Sequence record: NC_073053.1
Source of the DNA: Escherichia phage vB_EcoD_Teewinot
DNA length: 41,800 bases
Direction: 5' to 3' (one strand)
Under the pieces are notes generated by a model. It had not been told where the DNA came from. It did not search any database and saw only the letters and a program-made list of their open reading frames with translations. Position numbers and translations under genes: made by a program. Positions 25,908 through 35,012 of this stretch are shown here, one piece after another. Each line of letters starts with the position of its first letter. Position 1 is the stretch's first letter.

Positions 25908-27328
25908 TTGCGCGCCTTCTTAGCTTTCATGTATTCCATCAAGTCGTCCTGAATGTCTCGCTTACTGTCGCGACGCTCGGCGACCAATTCGTCCAGTGTC
26001 CCGCGAGCCTGGATAATGTAGACGAATACTGGTCGAGGGTGTCCGGCTTGCATCTGGCGAACCGGCCCGATACGTTCAACGATCTGCGAAAAGTGTTCAA
26101 AGTTCCAGGTGTCGGAGAAGATTGCCAGGTGATGACCGCCGTCCTGCAAGTTAAGGCCGTGGCCCGCCGATGCCGGGTGTGCAAACATGATGGGGATCTC
26201 GCCCCTGTTCCATGCTTCCATATCCTTATTGCCCTGCTTACCTTTACCCAACGCAACGCCGTGCGGGAATTTCTTCTTGAGACGTGCCAGATCATGCTTG
26301 TACTGGTAGGCAACGAGCAACGGTGCGCCGTTCAACTCCTCCACGATACTTTCCAGCGCGTCCAGTTTAGCGTCGTGAATTTTCACCCATTCGTCGGTGC
26401 GCTCGCCGTCTTCGTCGACCTTATACACGGCCCCGGAAGCAAGCTGAAGGCACTTAATAGTCTTCGAAGCAGCGTTCGCCGCCTCCACCGTTCCGCTTTC
26501 CAGTTCGGCAAATAGCTCCGCTTCGAATTGGTCATAAATCTTGCGGGCTTTTTTCGGCAGGTCCACAACAACCGGCGTATAGATTGGCTTGTCACACCCG
26601 AAGTATTCAGCCGCATCAACGGTTAGCGACACGTCGGACAGTCGTTGTTGTATTTCTTTCTCGGAGTTCTTAAGCGGGGCGTGCTGCATCGTGAAGCTGC
26701 CAGGCTTAACAGGCTTGCTAATAAACCAGCGGTCCGTGAACGCCTTATAGCTACTGCCGAGACGTTCGCCGCCGTCGACAAACCACGTCTGACCCCATAG
26801 GTCTTTCAGCCCGTTCGGTGCGGGTGTGCCAGTCAGGTTAATCCAGCGCTTGACGTGCTTATGTGCGATCGCTGCCAGCGCACGGGCGCGCTTACTTCCC
26901 TGCTTGCTTCTATAGCCTTTCAGCTTAGTCGATTCATCGGCAACAACGACCGTAAAGGGCCACTCGTCGCCGTAATAGTCGACCAGCCACTCAACCACAT
27001 CGTAGTTAACACAAACCACGTTAGCGTCGCTCTCAAGCGCCGCAATACGGTCCTTCTCCGGCCCGGTGCCGTCTACTACCAGCAAGGCTGGGAAGCGCCA
27101 TTTCTCCTGTTCCGGGGGCCATGTACCGGACGCAACGCGCAGCGGGGCCAGCACCAGTACGCGGTCATCCTGGTTGGACAGGATGCCAGTCTGGAACATT
27201 TTATTCAGCGCCCACATGGTCGCGCCGGTTTTACCCGACCCCATTGTCGCCCAAATATTGCAGCGCTTATGCTTGAGGATGAACGCGGTTATCAACTTCT
27301 GATATTCGCGACGTCGGAAACGTGCCAT
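25904..27328 (-). CDS. SNF2-family helicase
   Basis: Walker A TMGSGKTG, DExx box VVADESTK, C-terminal helicase domain. Start placed at ATG 27328 (MARFRRREYQ); the alternative ATG 27418 has no RBS. Confidence 0.75.
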   Translation of the reverse strand: MARFRRREYQKLITAFILKHKRCNIWATMGSGKTGATMWALNKMFQTGILSNQDDRVLVLAPLRVASGTWPPEQEKWRFPALLVVDGTGPEKDRIAALESDANVVCVNYDVVEWLVDYYGDEWPFTVVVADESTKLKGYRSKQGSKRARALAAIAHKHVKRWINLTGTPAPNGLKDLWGQTWFVDGGERLGSSYKAFTDRWFISKPVKPGSFTMQHAPLKNSEKEIQQRLSDVSLTVDAAEYFGCDKPIYTPVVVDLPKKARKIYDQFEAELFAELESGTVEAANAASKTIKCLQLASGAVYKVDEDGERTDEWVKIHDAKLDALESIVEELNGAPLLVAYQYKHDLARLKKKFPHGVALGKGKQGNKDMEAWNRGEIPIMFAHPASAGHGLNLQDGGHHLAIFSDTWNFEHFSQIVERIGPVRQMQAGHPRPVFVYIIQARGTLDELVAERRDSKRDIQDDLMEYMKAKKARK

Positions 27329-27514
27329 ATCTTTATTCCGCCTTTTTCCAGACTTCTGTTTCACTGTTCCAGTTCCTTTTTGTGGCGTCGTAGTTGGTGG
27401 CGTGTCCGATGTGCACACCGGTAGCCCGGTTTACATTCGCCCAGCTTGGTGAGTCGGTAGTGTTCTTTCATCGTCATGTCTCCCAAAAATGGCGGGACAA
27501 GCCCGCCGTATTAA

Positions 27515-27690
27515 TTATTTTTGTTCTGCACGGTAGCGGCGCTGCCGTTCGCGCTCTTTCTTATTGCGGCACGATTTGCACTCTGCCCGATACCCGTCTG
27601 GACTGCGCGCAGTCTTACCGGTGTATTTGTGGAACTGGGATAGCGGCTTTACACAGCCGCAATTACTACAACGTTTTTCTTCAATCATCT
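27515..27690 (-). CDS. small zinc-ribbon protein
   Basis: 58 aa from ATG 27690 (GAGGA RBS): CSNCGCVKPL...ECKSCRNKKERERQRRYR; the same module occurs twice in the N-terminus of the HNH protein at 28004-28606. Confidence 0.4.
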
Positions 27691-27728
27691 CTAAAATCCT
27701 CGATATGGCTAACCGGCACACTATACCG

Positions 27729-28007
27729 CTATGCGACCAATTCAGCAACCAATAAATCGCAGTCGGCTATGTTGTCGATAACGCGAACGTCCGCACCGCG
27801 GCGGGCCATTCGATCATGTTCACGTACTTGGTGCGGCTTCGGTTTTCCTCCGGGGCGCTTCACTTCGACGAACACTATTTTGCCGTTGATGATAATAATC
27901 AGGTCGGGAGCACCTGCGCGCCCCTCCCATGCCAGTTTTCTGCAGAATCCGCCGACCTCTTTAACCCGTTTCATAAGGTGACGCTGCACCTTGCCTTCTG
28001 GTGTCAT
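27729..28007 (-). CDS. VRR-NUC domain nuclease
   Basis: 92 aa from ATG 28007; DLIIIINGKIVFVEVKRPGGKPKPHQ is the characteristic D...E.K core with downstream Q; start overlaps the HNH stop (ATGA). Confidence 0.6.
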   Translation of the reverse strand: MTPEGKVQRHLMKRVKEVGGFCRKLAWEGRAGAPDLIIIINGKIVFVEVKRPGGKPKPHQVREHDRMARRGADVRVIDNIADCDLLVAELVA

Positions 28008-28606
28008 TGTCGGCTTTTCCTTACGGCAGCGATGGCAGGTCCGATAAACTTCTTCATTTCGTCCGGGGTAAACCGGTCTCCGCGGGCTATGTTGCACTCT
28101 ACGCAGCACGGCACGCAGTTATCTTTCGTATGGCCTACTGCGTTGTCGAGTCGGTCCGCGCCATTGTCGCCGGTGAATCCGCAGTATGCGCATGGTTGAG
28201 AAGTAAGGCGTAGCACGTCCTCGGTGGTTAGGTCGGTGTTTAACCCCTTCCTTTCGTCCGCCTTACGGTACTGAAAGAGCTTATAGTAAGCTCGGATCTC
28301 TGGTGTCCGGCGGTTGTACTCACGGCGGGACTTATTAGCGCACGACCGGCATTCTTTACGAATGTGTGACTGGCTTGCCAGGTTTCCGGGCCGGAAGTTT
28401 TCCGGCGTAAGCGGCTTACGTTCCCCGCACTGACGGCACGTTACGATCTCCCCGGTATACTCTCGCCATACTTCGCGCGGCGGCGCTCCTCTTTCCTTAT
28501 CTCGTCTCTCTTTCTTATACGCCGCCATGCATTTGGCGCACCACGACTGACCCTTGTTGAAAGCGGACTCATCTTTATCCGTATTACAACGCCCACAATG
28601 TTTCAT
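28004..28606 (-). CDS. HNH endonuclease with two N-terminal zinc-ribbon modules
   Basis: 200 aa from ATG 28606 (GGGGGGT RBS); C-terminal CAYCG...GHTKDNCVPCCVECNIARGD HNH motif; inserted between the polymerase and VRR-NUC genes. Confidence 0.65.
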   Translation of the reverse strand: MKHCGRCNTDKDESAFNKGQSWCAKCMAAYKKERRDKERGAPPREVWREYTGEIVTCRQCGERKPLTPENFRPGNLASQSHIRKECRSCANKSRREYNRRTPEIRAYYKLFQYRKADERKGLNTDLTTEDVLRLTSQPCAYCGFTGDNGADRLDNAVGHTKDNCVPCCVECNIARGDRFTPDEMKKFIGPAIAAVRKSRQ

Positions 28607-28673
28607 ATACCCCCCCGAAAAATAAAACGCCAGACAATATTGCCCGACGTTTCCGCTAAAAGCAACATTTCCG

Positions 28674-30965
28674 CTACTTGCGGTAGCGATACATACAATC
28701 ACCTTCTGCGGCAAGTGGGAAGCCTTTCGCCCAAATAGGCAGGTCGCACATCAGCGCGCAAAGCTCCTCTGTCGTGTAGTCGTCGGTGTCCGGCACTTCT
28801 GTGATCAATTCATCATGCACCGATAGAACGATTTCATATCCGGCGGCTTCAACGCCAGGCATGGACCACGCGAGAATATCGCGGCACAACGCCTGTACGA
28901 TGTTCTCCGTCAGTTTGCCGCCGTAGGTATACTGGAAGCCCCACTGGCGCGTCGTCTGATTCTCGCCCTGATATTTAATGCGTGTGCTGGTGCGCTTCTT
29001 GCCGGTGTCCTCGTCGATCTCGGTCGTGACCGACAGCGCGATGCCCGGGTAGCTCATGATGCGCCCGGACGGCAACTCAATTTTCAACCACCACCCCGCG
29101 GCGTTCGGATCGTCGCGCTCCTCGTCGAAGGTTGGGTCGTGCTTCGCCTTCGTGCGCACAATCTTGAGCGCTTTCCTACCGTCCGGGCGAACGTTAGCGC
29201 CAGCCCAGTATGCTTTGCCCGGATTGCGGATTGCACACAACACCGCGTCCTCAAGCTCGGCCCAAAAGGCGACCGTCTTCGGGTGAGCCTCGCGCCACAT
29301 GCGTTTGATTGCGTCACAAGTCAGCCATACGTTTTTCGGAAGTATGTATGTTGGGCGCTCGTCTTTCTTGCCTGGCTTCGGTGGGCGTTTCGCTTCGTTA
29401 ATACGAGCGTACTCATAACCGCGTTTAGCTGCCGCCCAAATGTGATCGGGGAATGTACCCTTCATCACGTCCGCCATAGCGTAAAGGTCGAGGCCCAGGT
29501 TTTTAGCGAACTGCAAGAACGCCGCGACGCCGCCACCATAGCCCAGTCCCAATTCACACGCCTTACCGATCTGGCGCAAGTCTTTGCGGTTGGCTTTAAT
29601 GTAGTCCGGGTCCAGGCCGAACATCTTACCGGCAGTCTCACAATAGATATCGCGACCGGCCCTAAACACCATTAGCGCGGTTTTCTCGCCCGCGATCCAG
29701 GCAAGTCCACGCCCTTCCACGTTGGAGTAGTCCGCTACGACAAACTTCTTGCCCTTAGCCGGGATAATGCACCCGCGAACGGTAGAGGCTGTTAGCTTAG
29801 ATATGTCATACGCCCAGTGCGCGGTCCCGCGTAACAGGGAATTGATGCCGTTGGTGAGCATGTGCGACCGGACCCAAAACGAGACGTCGCTTTCACCCTC
29901 GCGGCGTTTAATCTTCCCTTCGTGGTCGTCGCTGTACTCGCCACGTGCCAGGTTTTGAGGCTGGAAGCCTTTACCCGCCCAGCGCAGCGTGCGCTTTGCG
30001 CCACCATACTGAAGACACCCACGGCGGCGACCATCTGCGGATAAGCCGTTAACTAGCGGATTGTACTTAGTCGATGCCGTTGATGACGCACCGAGGCGCA
30101 TTTCGATAAGCGCTTTGCCTTCGTCGGGGAAGTCCGGGTCTTCAAGCAGGTCGTTAAGTGTGGATTTCTGCGCGTTGTGGATTGTGAACGCCGGGGCGAT
30201 ATCACGCAGGATTGGCAGGAAGTCATTGCCTGTCAGTTTACCACCAAATCGCTCCCAGGCTTCCTCCTTCAATTCTTCCTTATGCGCCTGCACCGCTTTG
30301 ATCGCGGCGTTCGCCAGGTCAACGTCCACATAGAAGCCGCGGTCGTTGATCAACTGGTCGATAAGCAGGATTTCATCTTCCTTCGGAGTATTACCCCAGT
30401 CCGGTATGCGCCAGTAGACCTCACGCATCGCGATAATATCCAGCGCGGCATATCGCAAAAATTTGGCCCATTCTTCAGGGTGAGTCTCGCGAGTGTAGCG
30501 GCGGATTTTGTAAGTCTTAGGGGTTGGCTTACAGAAGCGTTTGATCAGCGCCTTGCCAGCCTTATCCTTCGCGTGTTCTGCGTCAACGCCCAGCACCTGG
30601 CATTGCATGTCGAGACTACCGGGCAGCGCGTGGCGAAAGGCCATAATCATGGTGTCTTCGATCTGGCTTACCGGCAGGTCAATACCCCACTTCTCGCGAA
30701 TAACCAGGCGGTCAAACAGGAGGCCGTTAGCCATCACTATTTTTGCTTTCTTGCGGGAAACATGGCGGAGCGCCTTGCGCAGTTCACGCGGCATTGTGGG
30801 GGATTCAGTGCAATCCCATGTCTGCACGCGGCCCTCGTCGATGGCGTATGTGCAAATCATAATCTCGGTGGTTGGGTGCTCTGCGTAGGCGTACGCCCCA
30901 ACTTTCTTCAGGTCCACCCCGCTAAATGTCTCGGTGTCGAGAAACAGACGTTCGAAGTCTTTCAT
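28674..30965 (-). CDS. DNA polymerase, family A, with 3'-5' exonuclease domain
   Basis: 763 aa; N-terminal LFLDTETFSG (exo motif I-like), C-terminal SVHDELITEV (motif C) and K...YG region; GAGGATAAAG RBS. Confidence 0.85.
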   Translation of the reverse strand: MKDFERLFLDTETFSGVDLKKVGAYAYAEHPTTEIMICTYAIDEGRVQTWDCTESPTMPRELRKALRHVSRKKAKIVMANGLLFDRLVIREKWGIDLPVSQIEDTMIMAFRHALPGSLDMQCQVLGVDAEHAKDKAGKALIKRFCKPTPKTYKIRRYTRETHPEEWAKFLRYAALDIIAMREVYWRIPDWGNTPKEDEILLIDQLINDRGFYVDVDLANAAIKAVQAHKEELKEEAWERFGGKLTGNDFLPILRDIAPAFTIHNAQKSTLNDLLEDPDFPDEGKALIEMRLGASSTASTKYNPLVNGLSADGRRRGCLQYGGAKRTLRWAGKGFQPQNLARGEYSDDHEGKIKRREGESDVSFWVRSHMLTNGINSLLRGTAHWAYDISKLTASTVRGCIIPAKGKKFVVADYSNVEGRGLAWIAGEKTALMVFRAGRDIYCETAGKMFGLDPDYIKANRKDLRQIGKACELGLGYGGGVAAFLQFAKNLGLDLYAMADVMKGTFPDHIWAAAKRGYEYARINEAKRPPKPGKKDERPTYILPKNVWLTCDAIKRMWREAHPKTVAFWAELEDAVLCAIRNPGKAYWAGANVRPDGRKALKIVRTKAKHDPTFDEERDDPNAAGWWLKIELPSGRIMSYPGIALSVTTEIDEDTGKKRTSTRIKYQGENQTTRQWGFQYTYGGKLTENIVQALCRDILAWSMPGVEAAGYEIVLSVHDELITEVPDTDDYTTEELCALMCDLPIWAKGFPLAAEGDCMYRYRK

Positions 30966-31132
30966 TGCTTTATCCTCACTACGGCGTCAGCGCTGCCGAT
31001 CATGGAGAAGATGCCGTCTGACAGGGCGATCTCTTCGCCGTTGTTGCGAATCTCGGCAACTGTGAAATATTCCCCCAGTAGCTTGGACCATACTTGCATT
31101 CCGACTTTTACTTCGCTGGCTTTAATACGCAT
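30962..31132 (-). CDS. small hypothetical protein (absent from the ORF track)
   Basis: 56 aa (MRIKASEVKVGMQVWSKLLGEYFTVAEIRNNGEEIALSDGIFSMIGSADAVVRIKQ) with AGGA RBS; its stop overlaps the polymerase start (ATGA). Confidence 0.35.
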   Translation of the reverse strand: MRIKASEVKVGMQVWSKLLGEYFTVAEIRNNGEEIALSDGIFSMIGSADAVVRIKQ

Positions 31133-31144
31133 TTTTCATTGTCC

Positions 31145-31171
31145 TATTAAAAAGCCCGCATTAAGCGGGCT
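31145..31171 (-). terminator. minus-strand terminator after the SSB-like gene
   Basis: On the minus strand AGCCCGC-ttaat-GCGGGCT followed by TTTTAAT. Confidence 0.55.
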
Positions 31172-31190
31172 TGAATAGTGGGCTTTGCCC

Positions 31191-31973
31191 TTAACGGCGG
31201 CGACGTTTACGTGGCGCTTCGTCTTCGTCGTCGTCCTCATCTTCGTCATCGCGTGGCTTACGACGTTTGCGAGGTTTTTCATCTTCCTCATCGTCGTCGT
31301 CATCGCGGCGCTTGGATTTCTTGGACTTGCGCGGCTTGTCATCTTCATCATCGTCATCACGACGTTTTGACTTTTTGGACTTGCGCGGTGCTTCGTCTTC
31401 GTCGTCGTTGTCCAGGTCTTCATCGGAGCAAGAAGACCCGCCACCTCCGAAGGCTTCGCCGTCTTCACGGAATCGCAGACCCAGCAAGCCAGCCCCGAGA
31501 CCCTTGCCGTTGGTATTGTTCCATGCCCAAATATCAAGGGACACGTTGCAATAACAACCGGAGTAGATCTCCTGGCCTTCAATCTCGTCGCCGTCGATGG
31601 TCAGACCTTGTTCAGTCTGCTTCTCGCCGAGTGACGTTTGAATGATCGGCTGTTTGAACGATTTGGCGTTGATGTACAACATGCCTTCGAATTCTTCGGT
31701 TACTTCGTCGCGCTCGTCACCGTCGCGAACTGCGCATTCCTTAGAATCCTGGGCGTAGTGGCGGTCCATCCACTTATCAGCATTCTTCTCGGATTTCAGC
31801 TTGTCGGTGAGCACTGCGCGCGCTGCCGCTTCCACTTTGTCCACCTGCGGATCTTCTTTATCAAGGAGAATCACTGCACGGTATGCCGGTTTTTGTCCAT
31901 CCTGTTTAGGGGTATCACGTTCCCAAATTTTCAGGAAGCATACGCGCACATTTTTCAGGTTGACTTTAGCCAT
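31191..31973 (-). CDS. ssDNA-binding protein (T7 gp2.5-like/DUF2815-like, from memory) with charged repeat tail
   Basis: 260 aa from ATG 31973 (GAGGA RBS), beginning MAKVNLKNVRVCFLKIWE; the C-terminal third is a DDDEDDKPRKSKKSKRR-type repeat ending in RKRRRR; sits between polymerase and Cas4-like nuclease genes. Confidence 0.5.
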   Translation of the reverse strand: MAKVNLKNVRVCFLKIWERDTPKQDGQKPAYRAVILLDKEDPQVDKVEAAARAVLTDKLKSEKNADKWMDRHYAQDSKECAVRDGDERDEVTEEFEGMLYINAKSFKQPIIQTSLGEKQTEQGLTIDGDEIEGQEIYSGCYCNVSLDIWAWNNTNGKGLGAGLLGLRFREDGEAFGGGGSSCSDEDLDNDDEDEAPRKSKKSKRRDDDDEDDKPRKSKKSKRRDDDDDEEDEKPRKRRKPRDDEDEDDDEDEAPRKRRRR

Positions 31974-32063
31974 TTTCCAATTCCTCATTTTCACATGTAT
32001 CGGGGTTATTGTGAGCCACCCCGTCCGGCTTGGTTGCTAATTTACTTGGTTGCGCTTAAGCGG

Positions 32064-32306
32064 TCAAGCATTTTCATTAAAAAGATTTCTGGTAACGTAG
32101 TCGGTAGCGTTCTCGATCCAGCTTAATGGCGGGCGGTCGATATTCTTCGCCACCCAATCGGCGGCAGCTTTGCTATAACCGTCATCCCGCCAGCGGGTCG
32201 GATGCCGAATCATCCACGCCACCATTAACACGCCATGCACACAATGCAGGATAAAGCCCAGCGCGCCGATAACAAACATCAATAATATTGCGAATACTTT
32301 ATTCAT
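32064..32306 (-). CDS. small membrane protein
   Basis: 80 aa with two hydrophobic helices (FAILLMFVIGALGFILHCV and GVLMVAWMI). Confidence 0.45.
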   Translation of the reverse strand: MNKVFAILLMFVIGALGFILHCVHGVLMVAWMIRHPTRWRDDGYSKAAADWVAKNIDRPPLSWIENATDYVTRNLFNENA

Positions 32307-33729
32307 TGCTTAAGTCCTCGTCAGTAGCTACAGACCACGCAGGGCGCGGGTCGTCGATGGGTGCTAATACCGGTTTAGCCGGTGCGCGCGTTATTATATC
32401 ACACAACTTTGCCCACACTTTCGGCTTCTCGTCCTTCAGTACCTTCTCGGCATCAGTAGGGCTGAGTAATGTTTCTTTGTACATAACATCGCGCTTGATC
32501 CGGGCCTTCGTGAAGATTTCAATCACTTCGCTTTCGTCCGCCCACTTGCGGATCCCTTCCTTACCGGCAACCATTTTGAGGCCCAGCGATTCGCCTTCGC
32601 CAGCCATAACCGCCTTGAATACCGCGGACTCTATAGCCTTGATGTGCTGGCGCATTGCGTCTAAACCTTCATATGCCTTGCGCAGTTCTGCGGCGGTCAT
32701 AGCGCCTGGGGCCGCTTCTTTCTTACCACGCTTCGCACGTCGTGCCGCTTTGCGGGCTTCGCGGGTCATATTGCGATCGTGATTGGCGCATTCTTCCTCT
32801 GTCGCAATACTCACGTCGTCGCCCAGGTCTTCGTCTGTTGCCGTTGGTGGGGTCATCGTGTCGATTGCGGCCTTAGCGCGGGCGCTACACTGATCCGCAA
32901 ATCGGCACCACTGACACGCATCAACGCTCGGTCTGAAGTCGGCACGGGTGAGTCCCTTTTTGCCGCGGGCGTACGCTTCCAGGGCGGCGATAGCACGCTT
33001 GGACGCAAACTTCGCGAATATCTCCAGGGCTTCTACCGAAATATCCCACTCCGACGCCCCGCCGCAATACGGCTGGAAGATAACCAGGCGCACGGTCGTA
33101 ATGTCGTACATAGTTTTCAGCTTGCGCAGCAGGCCGAGCGCGTACAACATAAGCTGTTTGTTTTCTTTCGCCTCGACCTTATGTCGTCCCGTCTTCAGGT
33201 CGCCAACAATCAGCATGTACGTGCCGTCGGTCTTCTTCATGACCATAACCATATCGGCAGTACCGAACGTCTTAACCAGGTTGCCGTCGATCTCGAAGCC
33301 TGAGTGAAGGACGCGGGTCAGATCGGCGCGCATCTCAAGCTGAACAAACTCCGCCACTTCGAGGAGCGGTCGCCAGTGGTCGATGTACGCGTCGCACTGT
33401 TTCACCATGTCGTCGTTGACCAGTACGCCGCCTTTCGGTGCTTTCGGGTGGGCCTTTACTGGCCCCTTGCCTTCGTTCTCGACGTAGCACCCTTTATACG
33501 TCTTCGCGGTTATCAGCTTCTCACCGGCGATAATGCGGTTTAGCACGACCTCTGATACGGTGTGCATACTCGTACCGTTAATCGCCGCTTGCCCGGATTC
33601 GTTCGGGATATCTTTTTCCACCACCAGGGCGGCAGGGCAACCCATCCATTTTTTAGCACCGGACGGCCCGAGTAATGAGTGTTCCGTGTTGCTACCGGAT
33701 TGCGTTTTACGTTTTGGTTTAATCGCCAT
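32299..33729 (-). CDS. Cas4/RecB-like PD-(D/E)xK nuclease (DUF2800-like)
   Basis: 476 aa; central GDLKTG...K region and a C-terminal cysteine cluster (C-x2-C-x5-C in SVDACQWCRFADQCS) as in Fe-S-containing Cas4-like nucleases; conserved neighbourhood with SSB-like and polymerase genes. Confidence 0.6.
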   Translation of the reverse strand: MAIKPKRKTQSGSNTEHSLLGPSGAKKWMGCPAALVVEKDIPNESGQAAINGTSMHTVSEVVLNRIIAGEKLITAKTYKGCYVENEGKGPVKAHPKAPKGGVLVNDDMVKQCDAYIDHWRPLLEVAEFVQLEMRADLTRVLHSGFEIDGNLVKTFGTADMVMVMKKTDGTYMLIVGDLKTGRHKVEAKENKQLMLYALGLLRKLKTMYDITTVRLVIFQPYCGGASEWDISVEALEIFAKFASKRAIAALEAYARGKKGLTRADFRPSVDACQWCRFADQCSARAKAAIDTMTPPTATDEDLGDDVSIATEEECANHDRNMTREARKAARRAKRGKKEAAPGAMTAAELRKAYEGLDAMRQHIKAIESAVFKAVMAGEGESLGLKMVAGKEGIRKWADESEVIEIFTKARIKRDVMYKETLLSPTDAEKVLKDEKPKVWAKLCDIITRAPAKPVLAPIDDPRPAWSVATDEDLSNE

Positions 33730-33896
33730 TATTCCACCCGTGTAAACTTGACAATTACATATTTCACATTAGCCAGGCCCGCTTTTTCGACTCGGCGCTT
33801 AACTTCATTTTGCGCGTCCACAAAGCAATTGCTTGCGAACAATAAAAGAAGTGTGATCGTTTAATTCGTGGCAAGTTGCCATGACGAAGAATTTCA

Positions 33897-34148
33897 TTAT
33901 TTTGTCTCCCAGCGGTCGATTGTTTTTGCTTCGGATGCAACTGCGAAGCGAACATATTCCAGATTGGAATCCGCCCAAATATAAAAGTCGGGGTTAGTAA
34001 AGGTGGTGCGCTTAATTTGCGCGGGGGTGTTACGGCGTTTATCTATTACGGCAACGCGTGACTGAAAGCTGCCGATGCGTTCGAATAGCCAATAGTACGG
34101 GCGCTGGTCGCGGGAGTCCACCGCCTCGATTAGCGTGAAGCGTGCCAT
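33897..34148 (-). CDS. hypothetical protein
   Basis: 83 aa ORF with GAGGACGAG RBS immediately downstream of a terminator. Confidence 0.5.
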   Translation of the reverse strand: MARFTLIEAVDSRDQRPYYWLFERIGSFQSRVAVIDKRRNTPAQIKRTTFTNPDFYIWADSNLEYVRFAVASEAKTIDRWETK

Positions 34149-34159
34149 TGTCTCGTCCT

Positions 34160-34190
34160 CTAAAAATAGGCCCGCAGATTAGCGGGCCGG
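34160..34190 (-). terminator. minus-strand terminator after the acidic protein gene
   Basis: On the minus strand GGCCCGC-taatct-GCGGGCC followed by TATTTTTAG. Confidence 0.5.
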
Positions 34191-34196
34191 AATACA

Positions 34197-34640
34197 TTAA
34201 TCTTCCAGTTCGAAATAGGTTTCGACGATTTCTTTTAAATCTTTGTGGAAGTCTTCAACGTCGTCGTCTTCCAGCTTGGCGATGGATTTAATTTCGAACG
34301 CTTCCAGCAGATCATCAAATTCGTCGTTCGCGTCGTCATCGTCACCACCGGCAATAATCGCGGCATACTGTTTGATTTCGTCGCGCATCTCTGCCAGCGG
34401 ATCGGCATCTTTCTTACCTTTGCCTTTCGCCGGTGCTTTTTTAGACTTAGCCGGTTTTTCGTCGTCGTCATCTTCTACGACTTCTTTTTTAGCCGGTTTT
34501 TCGTCGTCATCTTCGACAACTTCTTTTTTGGCCTTAGACGGCTTCTTGTCTTCCTGCTTACCAACGGTTTCATAATGCTTAGCGATGGTTTCCAGTGCTA
34601 CTACTCCGCGAGTGATCAGGTTTACGATTTGCTCAAACAT
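34197..34640 (-). CDS. acidic repeat protein (candidate early anti-defence/DNA-mimic protein)
   Basis: 147 aa from ATG 34640 (GGAG RBS); runs of D/E (EDDDE, EDDDDE, GGDDDDANDEFDD, EDDDVED) and a duplicated KKEVVEDDD(D)EKPAK unit; first gene after the leftward promoter, with its own terminator. Confidence 0.6.
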   Translation of the reverse strand: MFEQIVNLITRGVVALETIAKHYETVGKQEDKKPSKAKKEVVEDDDEKPAKKEVVEDDDDEKPAKSKKAPAKGKGKKDADPLAEMRDEIKQYAAIIAGGDDDDANDEFDDLLEAFEIKSIAKLEDDDVEDFHKDLKEIVETYFELED

Positions 34641-34836
34641 GGTATATCTCCGATTGGTTAAGTTTAGGTGTCGGCAGTTAACTTCGTCGGTGGCCTTAAC
34701 ATATTGCCAGGTTACGCGTTCTCCCGTTCGGGTAGTGGACCTGGTTATATAATCACGGTTGGGAATCCTGACACTTCGATCCGGCCCCTGCGTTGCCCCT
34801 CTCCAGTTTGCGTCCTGCATCCTGTCGACGGAGTGA

Positions 34837-34866
34837 ATGATAGATTGGTTGCAGGATGGGTGTCAA
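34837..34866 (-). promoter_or_regulatory. leftward sigma70-like promoter with ATTGGTTGCA in the spacer
   Basis: On the minus strand TTGACA (34866-34861), 18-bp spacer containing the motif, TATCAT (34842-34837). Confidence 0.4.
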
Positions 34867-34877
34867 CAACTAATTTC

Positions 34878-34913
34878 AAAAAAAAAAGCGCCGAGGCAAA
34901 ATGCACCGGCGCT
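34878..34913 (-). terminator. strong minus-strand terminator inside the divergent control region
   Basis: On the minus strand AGCGCCG-13 nt loop-CGGCGCT followed by a T10 run. Confidence 0.55.
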
Positions 34914-34943
34914 AACCAATAAGAGACAATGAGACGGGAATTA

Positions 34944-34971
34944 TTATTACACGCGTGCGCGCCCGTTTCAA
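34944..34971 (-). promoter_or_regulatory. leftward promoter candidate for a short terminated transcript
   Basis: On the minus strand TTGAAA (34971-34966), 16-bp spacer, TAATAA (34949-34944); the terminator at 34878-34913 lies about 30-60 nt downstream. Confidence 0.3.
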
Positions 34972-34983
34972 TATCCAAAGGAC

Positions 34984-35012
34984 TTGACACCTTGTGGTTT
35001 TAGGTGTAGTTT
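34984..35012 (+). promoter_or_regulatory. rightward sigma70-like promoter for the HTH/primase operon
   Basis: TTGACA (34984-34989), 17-bp spacer, TAGTTT (35007-35012); followed by inverted repeat TTGGT-cattA-ACCAA (35015-35029) and AGGAGA RBS. Confidence 0.45.

Noticed and set aside
34668-34990. Track ORFs 34668-34922 (+) and 34745-34990 (-) in the divergent control region
   Set aside because: They span promoters, a terminator and the long 5' leader, and have no RBS; the region is better explained as regulatory DNA.
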